Assembly (NCBI GenBank): GCA_964623625.1
Contig: CAZUUJ010000014.1
Span: 110 to 64,109 of the forward strand
Length of the DNA: 64,000 nucleotides
Source: an uncultured Desulfocapsaceae bacterium
Lineage (GTDB): Bacteria > Desulfobacterota > Desulfobulbia > Desulfobulbales > Desulfocapsaceae
Direction of reading: 5' to 3'
Shown here piece by piece: positions 45,505 to 55,279 of this stretch. The notes beneath the pieces are model-generated. The model was not told where the DNA came from. It worked only from the letters and a program-made list of their open reading frames with translations, and did no database searches. The first letter of the stretch is position 1, and the number at the start of each line of letters is the position of its first letter. The position numbers and the translations under genes are program-made.

Positions 45505-46343
45505 CTAAGTCGTTGCCGTCTGCTGGTATCTCCGGTTCTTTTTAAGAATTGATTCTAGCCGTTGGTCGCTGACCGACAAACTTTTCCAGACAATCTTGAA
45601 CTTATCGGTAATAAAATCATCAGGGACAAGAATCCGTTTTCTGAGCACCCCAACATATCTTGTCTTCAAATAAACATCATAAGATGACATCAGGTTTCTG
45701 CAGCTTTCATAGACAAACTGGGTGCACGACAAATCGTTATATCTGGTGAAGTTTAACAGGAAATCGTACTCTTTTCTCAGGTGCTGCATGGCCTCATTGT
45801 AAACGGTTCGAAAATCGACCGTTGTAACTCCTCGTGCTCCTGCTCCGGTCTTCTTCTTAAAATGACCATGGAGTCGCACCGGCAGAAGTTCAGCACATCT
45901 TCCATGAACACACCTTGGGCCATGGCATGGATAACCATCTGTTTTCCGGCCCGATAATACTCCTTCCCACTTTCCGGCAGTTTCACTTCGGGTTTAGGGG
46001 GAATATCACCAAGATACAAACCGACATGACTGAAAAAACCGGGAATGAGGTAGCCGTCCAGGTAATCTTTATAGCCGCGGATAAGAATATCTCCCGGTCG
46101 AATCAATTCAATGACCTGCCGCATCTCCTCCCCCTTGATCTCATAGCTTTTAGGAAAGAGAAGAAGAAAAAACGGCGTCCCATAGATTTTAACATCACCC
46201 AAAAACTTGAGGAATTTCTTCCACAATTCATGAATAATCCGCATACCTTTTCTCCGTGTTGAATTTGATAGGCCCAACATATCAATGAAACACTTTCCTG
46301 ACAATTTGTTTTCGGGTGGAACAAATCTCTTCCTGATTACCAA
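45505..46343 (-). pseudogene. YiiX-like permuted papain/NlpC-P60-fold protein, frameshifted
   Basis: Two overlapping ORFs (46343-45777 and 45879-45505) together give one protein (..PGDILIRG..FSHVGLY..VIHAMAQG..MVILR | KKKTG..YDFLLNF..LSCTQFVYESC). The frame changes near 45850-45865. Confidence 0.6.
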
Positions 46344-46359
46344 TTATTCTATGCCTGGT

Positions 46360-46525
46360 TTGAAAAAGAGGTGTTGTCGCTTTGTCAGACGTATTTAAAG
46401 GATCATGTATGTCAACCGAGTTTTTACTGTAAACCAAGAAGTATCGATCAAATACAGAAAGCTATTGTCCAAGAAGGAATGATCCTTGACCGGAGGCTAG
46501 CCTGGCAAATCGACAACACTTCGTG
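46360..46525 (+). mobile_element. MITE-like element, family 2, copy 2
   Basis: Aligns over its full length with 8891-9056. Ends are GAGGTGTTGTCGCTTTG ... CAAATCGACAACACTTC. Confidence 0.7.
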
Positions 46526-46659
46526 TTAGGCTGAGCTTTGTGGGTAATCAGAAATCTCTTTATGGGACAAACAAGTATGTTTACTATTAAGAGTAATGTT
46601 ATCTGCCAGCCTTTTCCTGGCAGTTGCAACCCTTAAAAATTGTATATAATGAATATGAT

Positions 46660-48183
46660 ATGGCAGCAAAACGATTTCTAGAAAAGGTACTGACCGCGCG
46701 AGTGTATGACGTCGCTGACCAGACACCGCTGGAAGAAATGACAATTCTTTCAAAGCGATTGGACAACAAGGTGTTGTTAAAGCGTGAAGATCTGCAACCG
46801 GTTTTCTCCTTCAAATTGCGAGGCGCCTTCAATAAGGTACACAAGGCTCTGCAAAAAGATCCCAAATTACCCGGCATCATCGCCGCCTCGGCGGGAAATC
46901 ACGCCCAGGGCGTCGCTCTGGCCGCAAAAAAGCTTAAACTTAAAGCCGTTATCGTTATGCCCAAGACCACACCTGAAATCAAGGTGAACGCAGTTCGCTC
47001 CCATGGGGCTAAAACGGTACTCTTTGGTGAAAATTTCGATGAGGCCTACAGCCGCTCCCGTGAGCTGGCCAACAAGCAAGGGTTGACTTTTATTCACCCC
47101 TACGACGATTACGATGTGATGGCCGGACAGGCCACCATCGGTCATGAAATCATTCGTCAGCACCAGGACGACATCGAGGCCATTTTTGTTCCGGTGGGCG
47201 GTGGTGGGTTATTAGCAGGGATTGCCGGATTTATCCACGCGGTCAGACCATCTATCAAGGTCATCGGGGTGGAGCCGGAGGAAGCCGCCTGCCTGGCAGC
47301 CGCCATGAAAGTCGGCAAACGGATCACACTCAAAGAGGTTGGCATCTTTGCCGATGGCGTTGCAGTCAAGCAGATCGGCAAGAAGACCTTCAAAATGGTC
47401 CGTAATATCGTTGATGATGTGATCACCGTGTCAACCGATCAGATCTGTGCCGCCATCAAGGAAACGTACGACGACACCCGGGCCATCTGCGAACCTGCCG
47501 GAGCTGTTTCACTAGCAGGATTAAAGAAATATGTCGAGATGCATGGCATCAAAGACAAAACCCTGGTAGCGATCAACAGCGGCGCCAACATGAATTTTGA
47601 CCGCCTGAGGCATGTGTCTGAACGAGCCGAAATCGGTGAACAACGTGAAGCGCTGCTGGCAGTTGAGATTCCTGAGCGGCCCGGCAGCTTTAAACAGTTC
47701 TGCAAATCGATCGGTAAACGCCAGATTACCGAATTCAACTACCGCTATTCGGATCCGGACCGGGCCATGGTCTTTGTCGGTATCCAGTTGTTCCATGGGA
47801 ACGAGGAGAAAGATCAGATCATCAGGGAGCTTCAGAAAAAGAAGTACAATGTTGAAGATATGACAGACAACGAAGTAGCCAAGCTGCATACCCGCTATAT
47901 GGTCGGTGGTCATCCAGGCCCCGGAGTGGACAACGAACTGCTTTACCGCTTCCAGTTTCCGGAAAAGCTGGGAGCCCTTTTCCAGTTTCTAACAGCTCTG
48001 AGTAAACGATGGTCGATCAGCCTGTTCCATTACCGGAATCACGGCGCCGACTATGGCCGTATCCTGATCGGTATCCAGGTAAACCCGAATGAATATAAAG
48101 ACTTTAACGACTTCCTTGGTGAACTCGACTTTCCCCACTGGGAAGAAACCGACAATCGCGCTTATCAGCTGTTTTTGAAATGA
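46660..48183 (+). CDS. ilvA: Biosynthetic threonine dehydratase
   Basis: PLP motif SFKLRGA, GGGGL and two C-terminal ACT-like regulatory repeats. An alternative TTG start at 46624 is possible. Confidence 0.9.
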   Translation: MAAKRFLEKVLTARVYDVADQTPLEEMTILSKRLDNKVLLKREDLQPVFSFKLRGAFNKVHKALQKDPKLPGIIAASAGNHAQGVALAAKKLKLKAVIVMPKTTPEIKVNAVRSHGAKTVLFGENFDEAYSRSRELANKQGLTFIHPYDDYDVMAGQATIGHEIIRQHQDDIEAIFVPVGGGGLLAGIAGFIHAVRPSIKVIGVEPEEAACLAAAMKVGKRITLKEVGIFADGVAVKQIGKKTFKMVRNIVDDVITVSTDQICAAIKETYDDTRAICEPAGAVSLAGLKKYVEMHGIKDKTLVAINSGANMNFDRLRHVSERAEIGEQREALLAVEIPERPGSFKQFCKSIGKRQITEFNYRYSDPDRAMVFVGIQLFHGNEEKDQIIRELQKKKYNVEDMTDNEVAKLHTRYMVGGHPGPGVDNELLYRFQFPEKLGALFQFLTALSKRWSISLFHYRNHGADYGRILIGIQVNPNEYKDFNDFLGELDFPHWEETDNRAYQLFLK

Positions 48184-48258
48184 TTCAAATTCATTAAACA
48201 ATTCAAACCTGAAATAAAAAAGCACTTAACCAATAACGAGTGAAGTGCTTGATATATC

Positions 48259-48305
48259 TGGTGCGCCAGGGAGGATTCGAACCCCCGACCTATGGATTCG
48301 TAGTC
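48259..48305 (-). repeat. Duplicated 3' portion of tRNA-Arg (att-type direct repeat)
   Basis: 47 nt, identical at 46 positions to 49784-49830. Preceded by a diverged copy of the tRNA terminator hairpin (48220-48250). Confidence 0.85.
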
Positions 48306-48927
48306 ATCGTCCTCTGAGCTTCACACCCTCAACATCTACAATAACATTATGAAATCACAACAAAAGTTCTTTGTATACTTTATCTCATTTCACACCTGGT
48401 AGCAGATTTTAGAAAAAAAGTCTCACACAGATTCTCACATGGTTTTTCTTCAACAACAATCACCCAGCCAATTTAACCTGCAAAGTGTGTCCACTTGGCT
48501 ACCCAAAACCAATAATGAATAACGAACACACAACCTTGTCAGATTGTAATCGGCTTAATGGTTTGCTGTAATTCATGCGTTATTACAGTGTGTTGTGCTG
48601 TAATTACCGGGCTTGTCAAATCGTAATTTTAGCTGCCTCTCTACCAGTTTGGTCATCTGCTGCCACAGGGAATGAAAATAGGAATAAATGTGTTAAAAAA
48701 GGAAGTGTAATGTGTATGTGGTTGTATCGTCAGCTTCCTTTTTAAGGTTTATTACATTATATTCATGTAGGGTTACAACCTTTAAACAAGATGACAAAGG
48801 CGAAAGGGATGGATTTCTGTACAATTACAAAATGTTAATGTAGTGTGTATTGTTCTTTAAGAGGTTTTTTAATTGGGCCACTTATGCGGCTCTTGAAAAA
48901 TTTGATTCTTCTGGAGGAGGGGGAAAA

Positions 48928-49167
48928 ATGAAGTTTTCGATTTCTATGTTGATCTTTTTTATATTTTTAATTTCTTCTTCGTTAGCTTTTTCTGAGATAA
49001 AGACGATGGAGAAAAGGGAGAGGCACGACAAGACAGTCGATCGTGTAATGTGTGTAGATGGACTTAAGGTCTTTCAGACTGCTTCTTACTACAAAGGAGT
49101 AGCTATTTCGACAATTCAGCTGTATGAGACTAAAAATGGTAAAGTAGTGCCTGCCACCTGTAAGTAA
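48928..49167 (+). CDS. Small secreted hypothetical protein (island cargo)
   Basis: Strong Shine-Dalgarno (GGAGGAGG) and a signal peptide MKFSISMLIFFIFLISSSLAFS. AT-rich. Confidence 0.45.
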   Translation: MKFSISMLIFFIFLISSSLAFSEIKTMEKRERHDKTVDRVMCVDGLKVFQTASYYKGVAISTIQLYETKNGKVVPATCK

Positions 49168-49535
49168 TCACGACACTGCTCCATTGCCGAACTGCTATCC
49201 TGCTGTAAGACGGTCTGAAAGACAAAGTGGATCCATCCGGTCCAACGCCGAACATACCTTCCCATGCGCCCGTTGGACACATTTTGCTCATAAAGCCGGT
49301 TCAGCCGTCCGGTATATGCCTGGAATGCTGCGTCTGCCAACCGGCAACCGCTCGGTGAAAAATGGATACTTAAGAAACTGAAACCTCTGCTGATGCGGCC
49401 GATAAAGGTCTTGTCCGGGTGGATGGAAAGTTTCAGCTCTGCCAAAGTCTCATGCATGATACGAACTGCCCTGCACAATTTCCAGTGACTGGGTGCTGTA
49501 ATAAGCCAATCATGCATGTAGCGGACATACCTTAC
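49116..49535 (-). pseudogene. Reverse-transcriptase fragment (group-II-intron-like/retron-type), N-terminally truncated
   Basis: Contains VRYVRYMHDWLI (the YxDD box reads YMHD), then ..HPDKTFIGRISRGFSFLS.. Fingers/palm motifs 1-4 are absent. Confidence 0.6.
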
Positions 49536-49754
49536 TTCCGCTATCACGCACTCAAGCATGCTGGTGCATCCATTATGGACTACAACCAGGTATCGATCGG
49601 AGCCATACAACGAATTTTAAGTCACGGAAACAGGACAACAACCGAAATCTACTTACATAGTCTTGGTAACGCAGAGATTGAAGCTGTAAAGACTCTTGAG
49701 CGGGCCAGAGAAGTTTCTCACACAGATTCTCACACGGAACAAAAAAGCGCTTAA
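49524..49754 (+). pseudogene. Tyrosine recombinase (integrase) C-terminal fragment
   Basis: Contains FRYHALKHAGASIM...IQRILSHGNRTTTEIYLH (the R/H-x-x-R..H..Y catalytic region). Upstream, the reading frame is antisense RT sequence. Confidence 0.65.
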
Positions 49755-49775
49755 CCCGAAACGAGTTAAGCGCTT
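49741..49775 (-). terminator. tRNA-Arg terminator hairpin
   Basis: On the minus strand: AAGCGCTTAAC-loop-GTTAAGCGCTT followed by a T-run. Confidence 0.7.
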
Positions 49776-49783
49776 GAATTTCC

Positions 49784-49860
49784 TGGTGCGCCAGGGAGGA
49801 TTCGAACCCCCGACCTACGGATTCGTAGTCCGTCGCTCTATCCAGCTGAGCCACTGGCGC
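49784..49860 (-). tRNA. tRNA-Arg (anticodon ACG)
   Basis: Folded by hand. Acceptor GCGCCAG/CUGGCGC, D stem GCUC/GAGC, anticodon stem ACGGA/UCCGU with loop CUACGAA, T arm GGGGG-UUCGAAU-CCUCC, and an encoded CCA. Confidence 0.9.
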
Positions 49861-50034
49861 AAAATGTGTGAGAGGTATACCCTCTTTTCCCTCTTTCCTC
49901 AAGAAAAGTTTTTGACTGTTGTGAAAAAGCTGGTTCGTGATTCATTATAACTTCGAGCTCGCAACAATCCCGTTGTTCCTTTGCAACAACAGAAGGGAAG
50001 TTCCTTTGTTTCGAGAGAAATATCCGGGTTGCCT

Positions 50035-51963
50035 TTACCCCTTCTTTTCCCCTTGCTCTTTGTGAAAAACGATATCATTATCCGTTGGTTTCATGACCGG
50101 TTCGGGGATAATATCCACCTCGGTTTTGTACTTGTTCTCCAGTTCCAGCAGTTCCTGGCGCTTATTGTTGAGCAGGTATCTGGCAATATCGACAGGTAAA
50201 CGGGCCTCCACCCGGATAACAGGTTTACGGGTAGCACCGGTATGGATTCGTCTTAGATAGTAGAGAGCCTGGGTCTCGACGGAACGTACCATCCCCCTGC
50301 CTTTACAGTGGTTGCACACTTGATAGCTGCCCGCTTCGATAGGCGCGCCCAGCTTCTGCCGTGAGATCTGCATCAGACCGAATTTTGAGATACGGCTGAT
50401 AGCCACTTTAGCCTTATCCCTCTTCATGGCACCTTTTACCTGTTTCTCCACCTCGCGGATATTTTTCTTGTTCCGCATATCGATAAAATCAACAACGATC
50501 AGACCACCGAGGTCCCGTAAACGCAACTGTCGGGCCAACTCGGTGGCCGCCTCTGTATTGGCCTGAAAGATTGTCTGTTCAAAATTTCTGCCCTTGGAGG
50601 TAGACCCCGAGTTGACATCAATGGATACCAGGGCTTCGGTGGGTTCAATGACGATTGAACCGCCGGAAGGCAGATTCACCCTGGGTTGATAGATCGATTC
50701 GATCTGATCTTCAACACTGTACTGGTTGAATATGGGCCGCGCTCCCCGGTGAAGTTTAACATTGACTGTTCTCTGCTTGGCCGGCAGCATGGCGATAAAC
50801 TCTTTCACCTTGTCATAGGCCTCCTGATCATCCACCAGGATTTCCTTAATCGCCGGGTCAAACTGTTCTCTCAGAAAACGAAGGACACAATCATGGTCCT
50901 GGTAGATCAGACCGACGCCATCGCGTTCGATACCCTTCTTTTTGATATCCTTCCATAATCTTTTCAGATAGTTGACATCCTTGGAAAGAGCGGTCTTGGT
51001 GATATCAAGGCTGGCGGTGCGTACAATCCAGCCAATTCCTTCAGGGATGGAAAGAGAGTTCATGATGTCCCGCAACTGATTTCTCCGTTCCTCACCGACT
51101 ATCTTTCTTGAGATACCTGCGGAATCGGAGCCGGGCATCAGGACGACACAGCGACCGGGCAGAGACAGATAGGTCGTCAGGTTGGCTCCTTTGGTGCCCA
51201 CCTCCTCTTTGACCACCTGGACCAGCAGTTCTCGACCCTTTTCCATAACATCGCCAATGGAGAGTTTTTTCCACTGATGATTGACAACCAGCTCCCTGAT
51301 CTTGTCGGGAAGATCCTGTTTAAAATATTCGGGGTGGATTTCGGAAAAAGGCAGGAAACCGTTCTTGTTAGTCCCGTAGTCGATAAAGGCGGCCTGCAGA
51401 TTATTCTCTATGGAAACGACTTTTGCCTTGTAGATATTGGTTTTAGTATGCTTGCGATTAACGGTTGTTACATGCAGAGATTCCAGACGACCGTTTTCCA
51501 GCAGGACAAGGCGGCACTCTTCCGGTTCCTCGGTGTTGACCAGCAGCTTGATGACCGTGTCCTTCTGGCTGACAGTTTCATGCTGTCGACTACCCTTTGC
51601 TTCCTCCTCTTTTCTGGCAGCTGGCTTCTGGTCGGACTTTTTTCCCTCTTTTTTCTTCTGGGGAACTTTTACTTTACTCTGACGGGTTGTTGTGTCTTCT
51701 CGGTTTTTTTCCGTGGCCTTTTTACCGCCCCTGGCACCAGCCGACTTGCTGGACCGTCTTCTGCCACCACTTCTCTTCCTGCCCGTAGTTTGATCGGTTT
51801 TGCCCTTACGTGTGGATTGTTTTCCAGTCTGCCTGTTTTGGGGTTGTTGCTGTTCTTTGTCATTTTCCGTAGAGTTATCCTGGATAACAGATTTCCACCA
51901 GGCCCCTATGGATGCTTTTATCTTTGCAGATTTCTTTTGATTTTCCTCTTTCTTTTCTGTCAT
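50035..51963 (-). CDS. rne: Ribonuclease E/G family with an N-terminal Lys/Arg-rich extension
   Basis: S1 domain (IYKAKVVSIENNLQAAFIDYG) and catalytic core (..GGLIVVDFIDM..). The first 130 or so residues are low-complexity and basic. Confidence 0.85.
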   Translation of the reverse strand: MTEKKEENQKKSAKIKASIGAWWKSVIQDNSTENDKEQQQPQNRQTGKQSTRKGKTDQTTGRKRSGGRRRSSKSAGARGGKKATEKNREDTTTRQSKVKVPQKKKEGKKSDQKPAARKEEEAKGSRQHETVSQKDTVIKLLVNTEEPEECRLVLLENGRLESLHVTTVNRKHTKTNIYKAKVVSIENNLQAAFIDYGTNKNGFLPFSEIHPEYFKQDLPDKIRELVVNHQWKKLSIGDVMEKGRELLVQVVKEEVGTKGANLTTYLSLPGRCVVLMPGSDSAGISRKIVGEERRNQLRDIMNSLSIPEGIGWIVRTASLDITKTALSKDVNYLKRLWKDIKKKGIERDGVGLIYQDHDCVLRFLREQFDPAIKEILVDDQEAYDKVKEFIAMLPAKQRTVNVKLHRGARPIFNQYSVEDQIESIYQPRVNLPSGGSIVIEPTEALVSIDVNSGSTSKGRNFEQTIFQANTEAATELARQLRLRDLGGLIVVDFIDMRNKKNIREVEKQVKGAMKRDKAKVAISRISKFGLMQISRQKLGAPIEAGSYQVCNHCKGRGMVRSVETQALYYLRRIHTGATRKPVIRVEARLPVDIARYLLNNKRQELLELENKYKTEVDIIPEPVMKPTDNDIVFHKEQGEKKG

Positions 51964-52132
51964 GAATTCCTCTTTCGCACCATGCCGGCTTAAATTGTAT
52001 AACCGGTCACAGTGTCTTCGACTTCACGTCCATCACCATACATCCAATTGATGGTAACAGACGATCCAATTATTATTATACAGCAGTGTTACAGCAAGCT
52101 GTAACTACCTCCGGCTTCACCAGCGGAAGAAG

Positions 52133-52214
52133 CTGTTTTAAATATAAATGCTTCGCATTTTGCTTCCCGACTTTGGCGGGGAAAAGCAACACGTTTTCTG
52201 CGCATTTGTTTATC
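52133..52214 (+). repeat. About 85-nt structured repeat, copy 2 (partner at 5690-5776, opposite strand)
   Basis: Aligns with the reverse complement of 5690-5776. Its hairpin ATGCttcGCAT corresponds to GTGCttcGCAC in copy 1. Confidence 0.6.
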
Positions 52215-52832
52215 TATTCAATTCCATTTGAGAAAGTCCGATAACCGCCAAACAACCCACCTCCAAACAGACTTCTTGCCGATCATCATTCGCTTTCTTT
52301 TTTTGTGAATTGAAAGGAAATAGTAAAATCAACAAACATCCCCGATACGTTGTCAGGATACTTGACGGAAGGAAGGATTGATCCGTCCACTTAATCTGTC
52401 GGTCACACTGGTATATACCCGAATCCGCAAGGGTTCGATATAGAGATAAAAAAGTGGACTTTCTTCATTAGGAAAAGTAAACTGCCTGAAAATATACTAA
52501 TTTTCGTGCAGAATCAAGTTCTATTTCCCTTTCAGGGCCGGGGAGGACCGGGCTTTATCCATTCAGGACTCTTCACCAACCCATCAACAAAGCTCTTTTT
52601 TCATGGAACCGGTGATTTGACAGAAAAGCCCGAAAAATATCTGCAGCAAACCACTCTGTCCTTGTCGAAATAAGGTGAAATAATGTATGATTCACCGCGA
52701 AACTGAAAAGAGAAGACGAGAGTGCGCTTTCCACACGCAGACACGGGGAGTCAAAAGAGGTCTGCACTCCGTCAGCCAAACAGAATACATAACGATTCAT
52801 CATCCAACAATCACCCTGAATAGGAGTTTGCT

Positions 52833-55196
52833 GTGACATTGTATTTGCCGCGCACAATTGGAGAGAAGAAAAGGTTCATCTGGATATTCTCACTCATCCT
52901 GATCCTGTTGCCGTCCTTCGTTGTTGGAGCCGAGACCGTGGATACAGAGGAGTGGCAGATATCGGCAGATAAGATCACCCGCTACGAAAATCCCGAATCC
53001 ATAGTGGCCGAGGGAAGTATCGTGCTCAAAAAAATGAAAAAGCTGCCGCCCAAAAAAGCCGAAAAGAAATCGGATGAAACCGATTGGAGCGTCCTGCTCG
53101 AAGAAGAGGCAGTAAAAAAAGATGTCACTCCTGAAGAGCTTGCCGACACCGGTGAGGTTCGTTATGAGACCGATGTCGTCATTAAGGCCGACTGGATGGC
53201 CTATGACGTAGCTCTCGAGTCTATCCGGGCCCGCGGAAACATCTCGATTAAAACCGATTCGGATGAGCTGTACGCGGAAAAGGGCACCGTCAACCTCAAA
53301 CAGATGACCGGTAAATTCAACAACGCAACGGTTATCCGTGATGAAAAAGATTTTCATCTCCAAGGCGAGACCGTCGAGAAAACCGGGCTAAAAACCTACC
53401 ATGTGGAAGACGGCTGGGTGATCACCTGTAAGATCGACAAGGATGAAACACCTCCATGGAGCTTTGCCGCCAGCGATACTCAGGTAACCAAGGGTGGTTA
53501 CGCTCATCTGAAACATGTGCGTTTCAACATTCTCGATATACCGGTTTTCTATCTCCCCTACTTGATCCTGCCGGCTAAGGACACCAGGCAGACCGGTGTA
53601 CTGTTCCCCGAACTGTCCTATTCTACCAACAACGGATTCGGTATCAATCTGCCGATCTTTATCAATCTTTCCGATTCAGCCGATATAACTCTCTATCCTG
53701 AATTTTTATCAAACCGTGGTCTCATGGCCGGTCTAGAATTTCGGTATGTGTCAACCGAAAAGAACAAAGGGATGTTCATGGGCTCATATCTCTATGACAA
53801 CTTAAGTGACCCTTCGGAGACAGCCTACTACAACGATACCGGTTATACCCATACCAACAAGGATCGCTACTGGCTGCGGGGAAAGATAGACCACACCTTT
53901 GGGAATAACTGGATCACCCGCCTCGATATTGATATCGTGTCCGATCGTGACTACCTGGAGGAGTTCGACTTCAGCATGGCCGGTCATGAAGAATCCAATG
54001 CGAAATTCATCGATGCTTTCGGCCGTGGTTTTGAAAACAACAACGACTCACGCAGGGAAAACAGTCTGAAAGTCCTGAAAGACTGGGGCGATATTTCCTT
54101 TGAGGCCACATTTCTTGCCATCAACGATGCCAGTGATGACCCGGCAACTACTACAACAGTGGCCGATGACGGCACTGTCACAACCGTCACCAACCCGACC
54201 CAGCTCTGGCAACTACCGGCTATCGATATCGGAGGTGTGCACACAATCGGGGAAACAACCGTCAGTTTCACCTGGGATGTCGATTACGTGAACTACTGGC
54301 GTGAAGAGGGTGTCGGCGGTCAGCGTATCGATATACATCCCCGCTTGAGTATGCCCGTTCCTCTGGGTCAGTATCTGGAATCAAGGGCGGAAGCCGGAAT
54401 CCGGGAAACCCTGTATCTGGTCAAAGCATACGGCGACTCCGAATGGACGGCAGACGATACCCCCAGCCGTTTCATGTACGATTTCAATATCGAAGTCGGT
54501 ACCACCCTGCTGCGGGAGTTCATGCTGAACAACCCATCCTACGATGGCTGGAGTCATGAGGTCAGGCCGTTTATCAGGTACGCCTATGTGGCCGATGTGG
54601 ATCAGGATGATCTGCCCAGCTACAACTCGGTCGATCGGATTGGTGCTCAAAACGGTATTACCTATGGTTTCAGTAACTTCTTCGATCTTTTCGGCACCAA
54701 AGACGGCGAAGAATTCTCCGACCGGATAGCCAAAGTGACCCTTCAGCAGAGTTACGACTTTCGCAGTGAAGCCTCCGATGAGCCGTTCGGTCCCATCGAG
54801 ATGGAAGTTAAGCTGACACCCTGGGAGAAATTCAATCTCGATTACACAACTTGGTATGATGTGTATGACAACGACTTCACCTATCACCGGCTGTCCACCG
54901 ACTACACTAACAGCCGGGGCGACAAATTCGACCTGGATTATCTCTATAACGACAGCGGCGCCACCGAACAGGTCAACGCCAAGATTAACGTTAAACTGCT
55001 TGCCGGTCTGACAGGCGCCTATGAGATCAAATACTCTATAGACCAGGAAGAAATCGATGAACAGAACATCGGATTGACCTATCAGGCAAATTGCTGGTCG
55101 GTGACCTTTAAGTCCACCTATACTCCGGAAGACACCAGCGTCATCGTCATGTTCGAGCTGCTCAATATCGGTTCTCCACTGCAGGTCAGCATGTAA
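52833..55196 (+). CDS. lptD: LPS-assembly outer-membrane protein LptD (OstA family)
   Basis: Signal peptide, an OstA-like N-terminal domain and a large beta-barrel C-terminal region. 787 aa, GTG start. Confidence 0.8.
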   Translation: MTLYLPRTIGEKKRFIWIFSLILILLPSFVVGAETVDTEEWQISADKITRYENPESIVAEGSIVLKKMKKLPPKKAEKKSDETDWSVLLEEEAVKKDVTPEELADTGEVRYETDVVIKADWMAYDVALESIRARGNISIKTDSDELYAEKGTVNLKQMTGKFNNATVIRDEKDFHLQGETVEKTGLKTYHVEDGWVITCKIDKDETPPWSFAASDTQVTKGGYAHLKHVRFNILDIPVFYLPYLILPAKDTRQTGVLFPELSYSTNNGFGINLPIFINLSDSADITLYPEFLSNRGLMAGLEFRYVSTEKNKGMFMGSYLYDNLSDPSETAYYNDTGYTHTNKDRYWLRGKIDHTFGNNWITRLDIDIVSDRDYLEEFDFSMAGHEESNAKFIDAFGRGFENNNDSRRENSLKVLKDWGDISFEATFLAINDASDDPATTTTVADDGTVTTVTNPTQLWQLPAIDIGGVHTIGETTVSFTWDVDYVNYWREEGVGGQRIDIHPRLSMPVPLGQYLESRAEAGIRETLYLVKAYGDSEWTADDTPSRFMYDFNIEVGTTLLREFMLNNPSYDGWSHEVRPFIRYAYVADVDQDDLPSYNSVDRIGAQNGITYGFSNFFDLFGTKDGEEFSDRIAKVTLQQSYDFRSEASDEPFGPIEMEVKLTPWEKFNLDYTTWYDVYDNDFTYHRLSTDYTNSRGDKFDLDYLYNDSGATEQVNAKINVKLLAGLTGAYEIKYSIDQEEIDEQNIGLTYQANCWSVTFKSTYTPEDTSVIVMFELLNIGSPLQVSM

Positions 55197-55279
55197 CCGA
55201 ATATTGGAATATACAACTTCACAACGGGTTATGGGGATTTTCCTCATAGCCCGTTTCTTTTGTTTCCACCTTCCTCTCT

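Noticed and set aside
45845-45865. Programmed ribosomal frameshift in the YiiX-like gene
   Set aside because: There is no slippery heptamer and no stimulatory structure. A simple indel in a T-run/AAG repeat is the more economical explanation.
49116-49610. Functional retron or RT-based defence system in the tRNA-Arg island
   Set aside because: The RT lacks its N-terminal half, the catalytic YxDD is mutated to YMHD, and no msr/msd-like repeats or effector gene are adjacent.
54381-55247. 288-aa minus-strand ORF inside lptD
   Set aside because: It is an antisense shadow ORF of a clearly homologous LptD coding region, with no motifs of its own. The same reasoning applies to 52890-53363 and 53984-54271.
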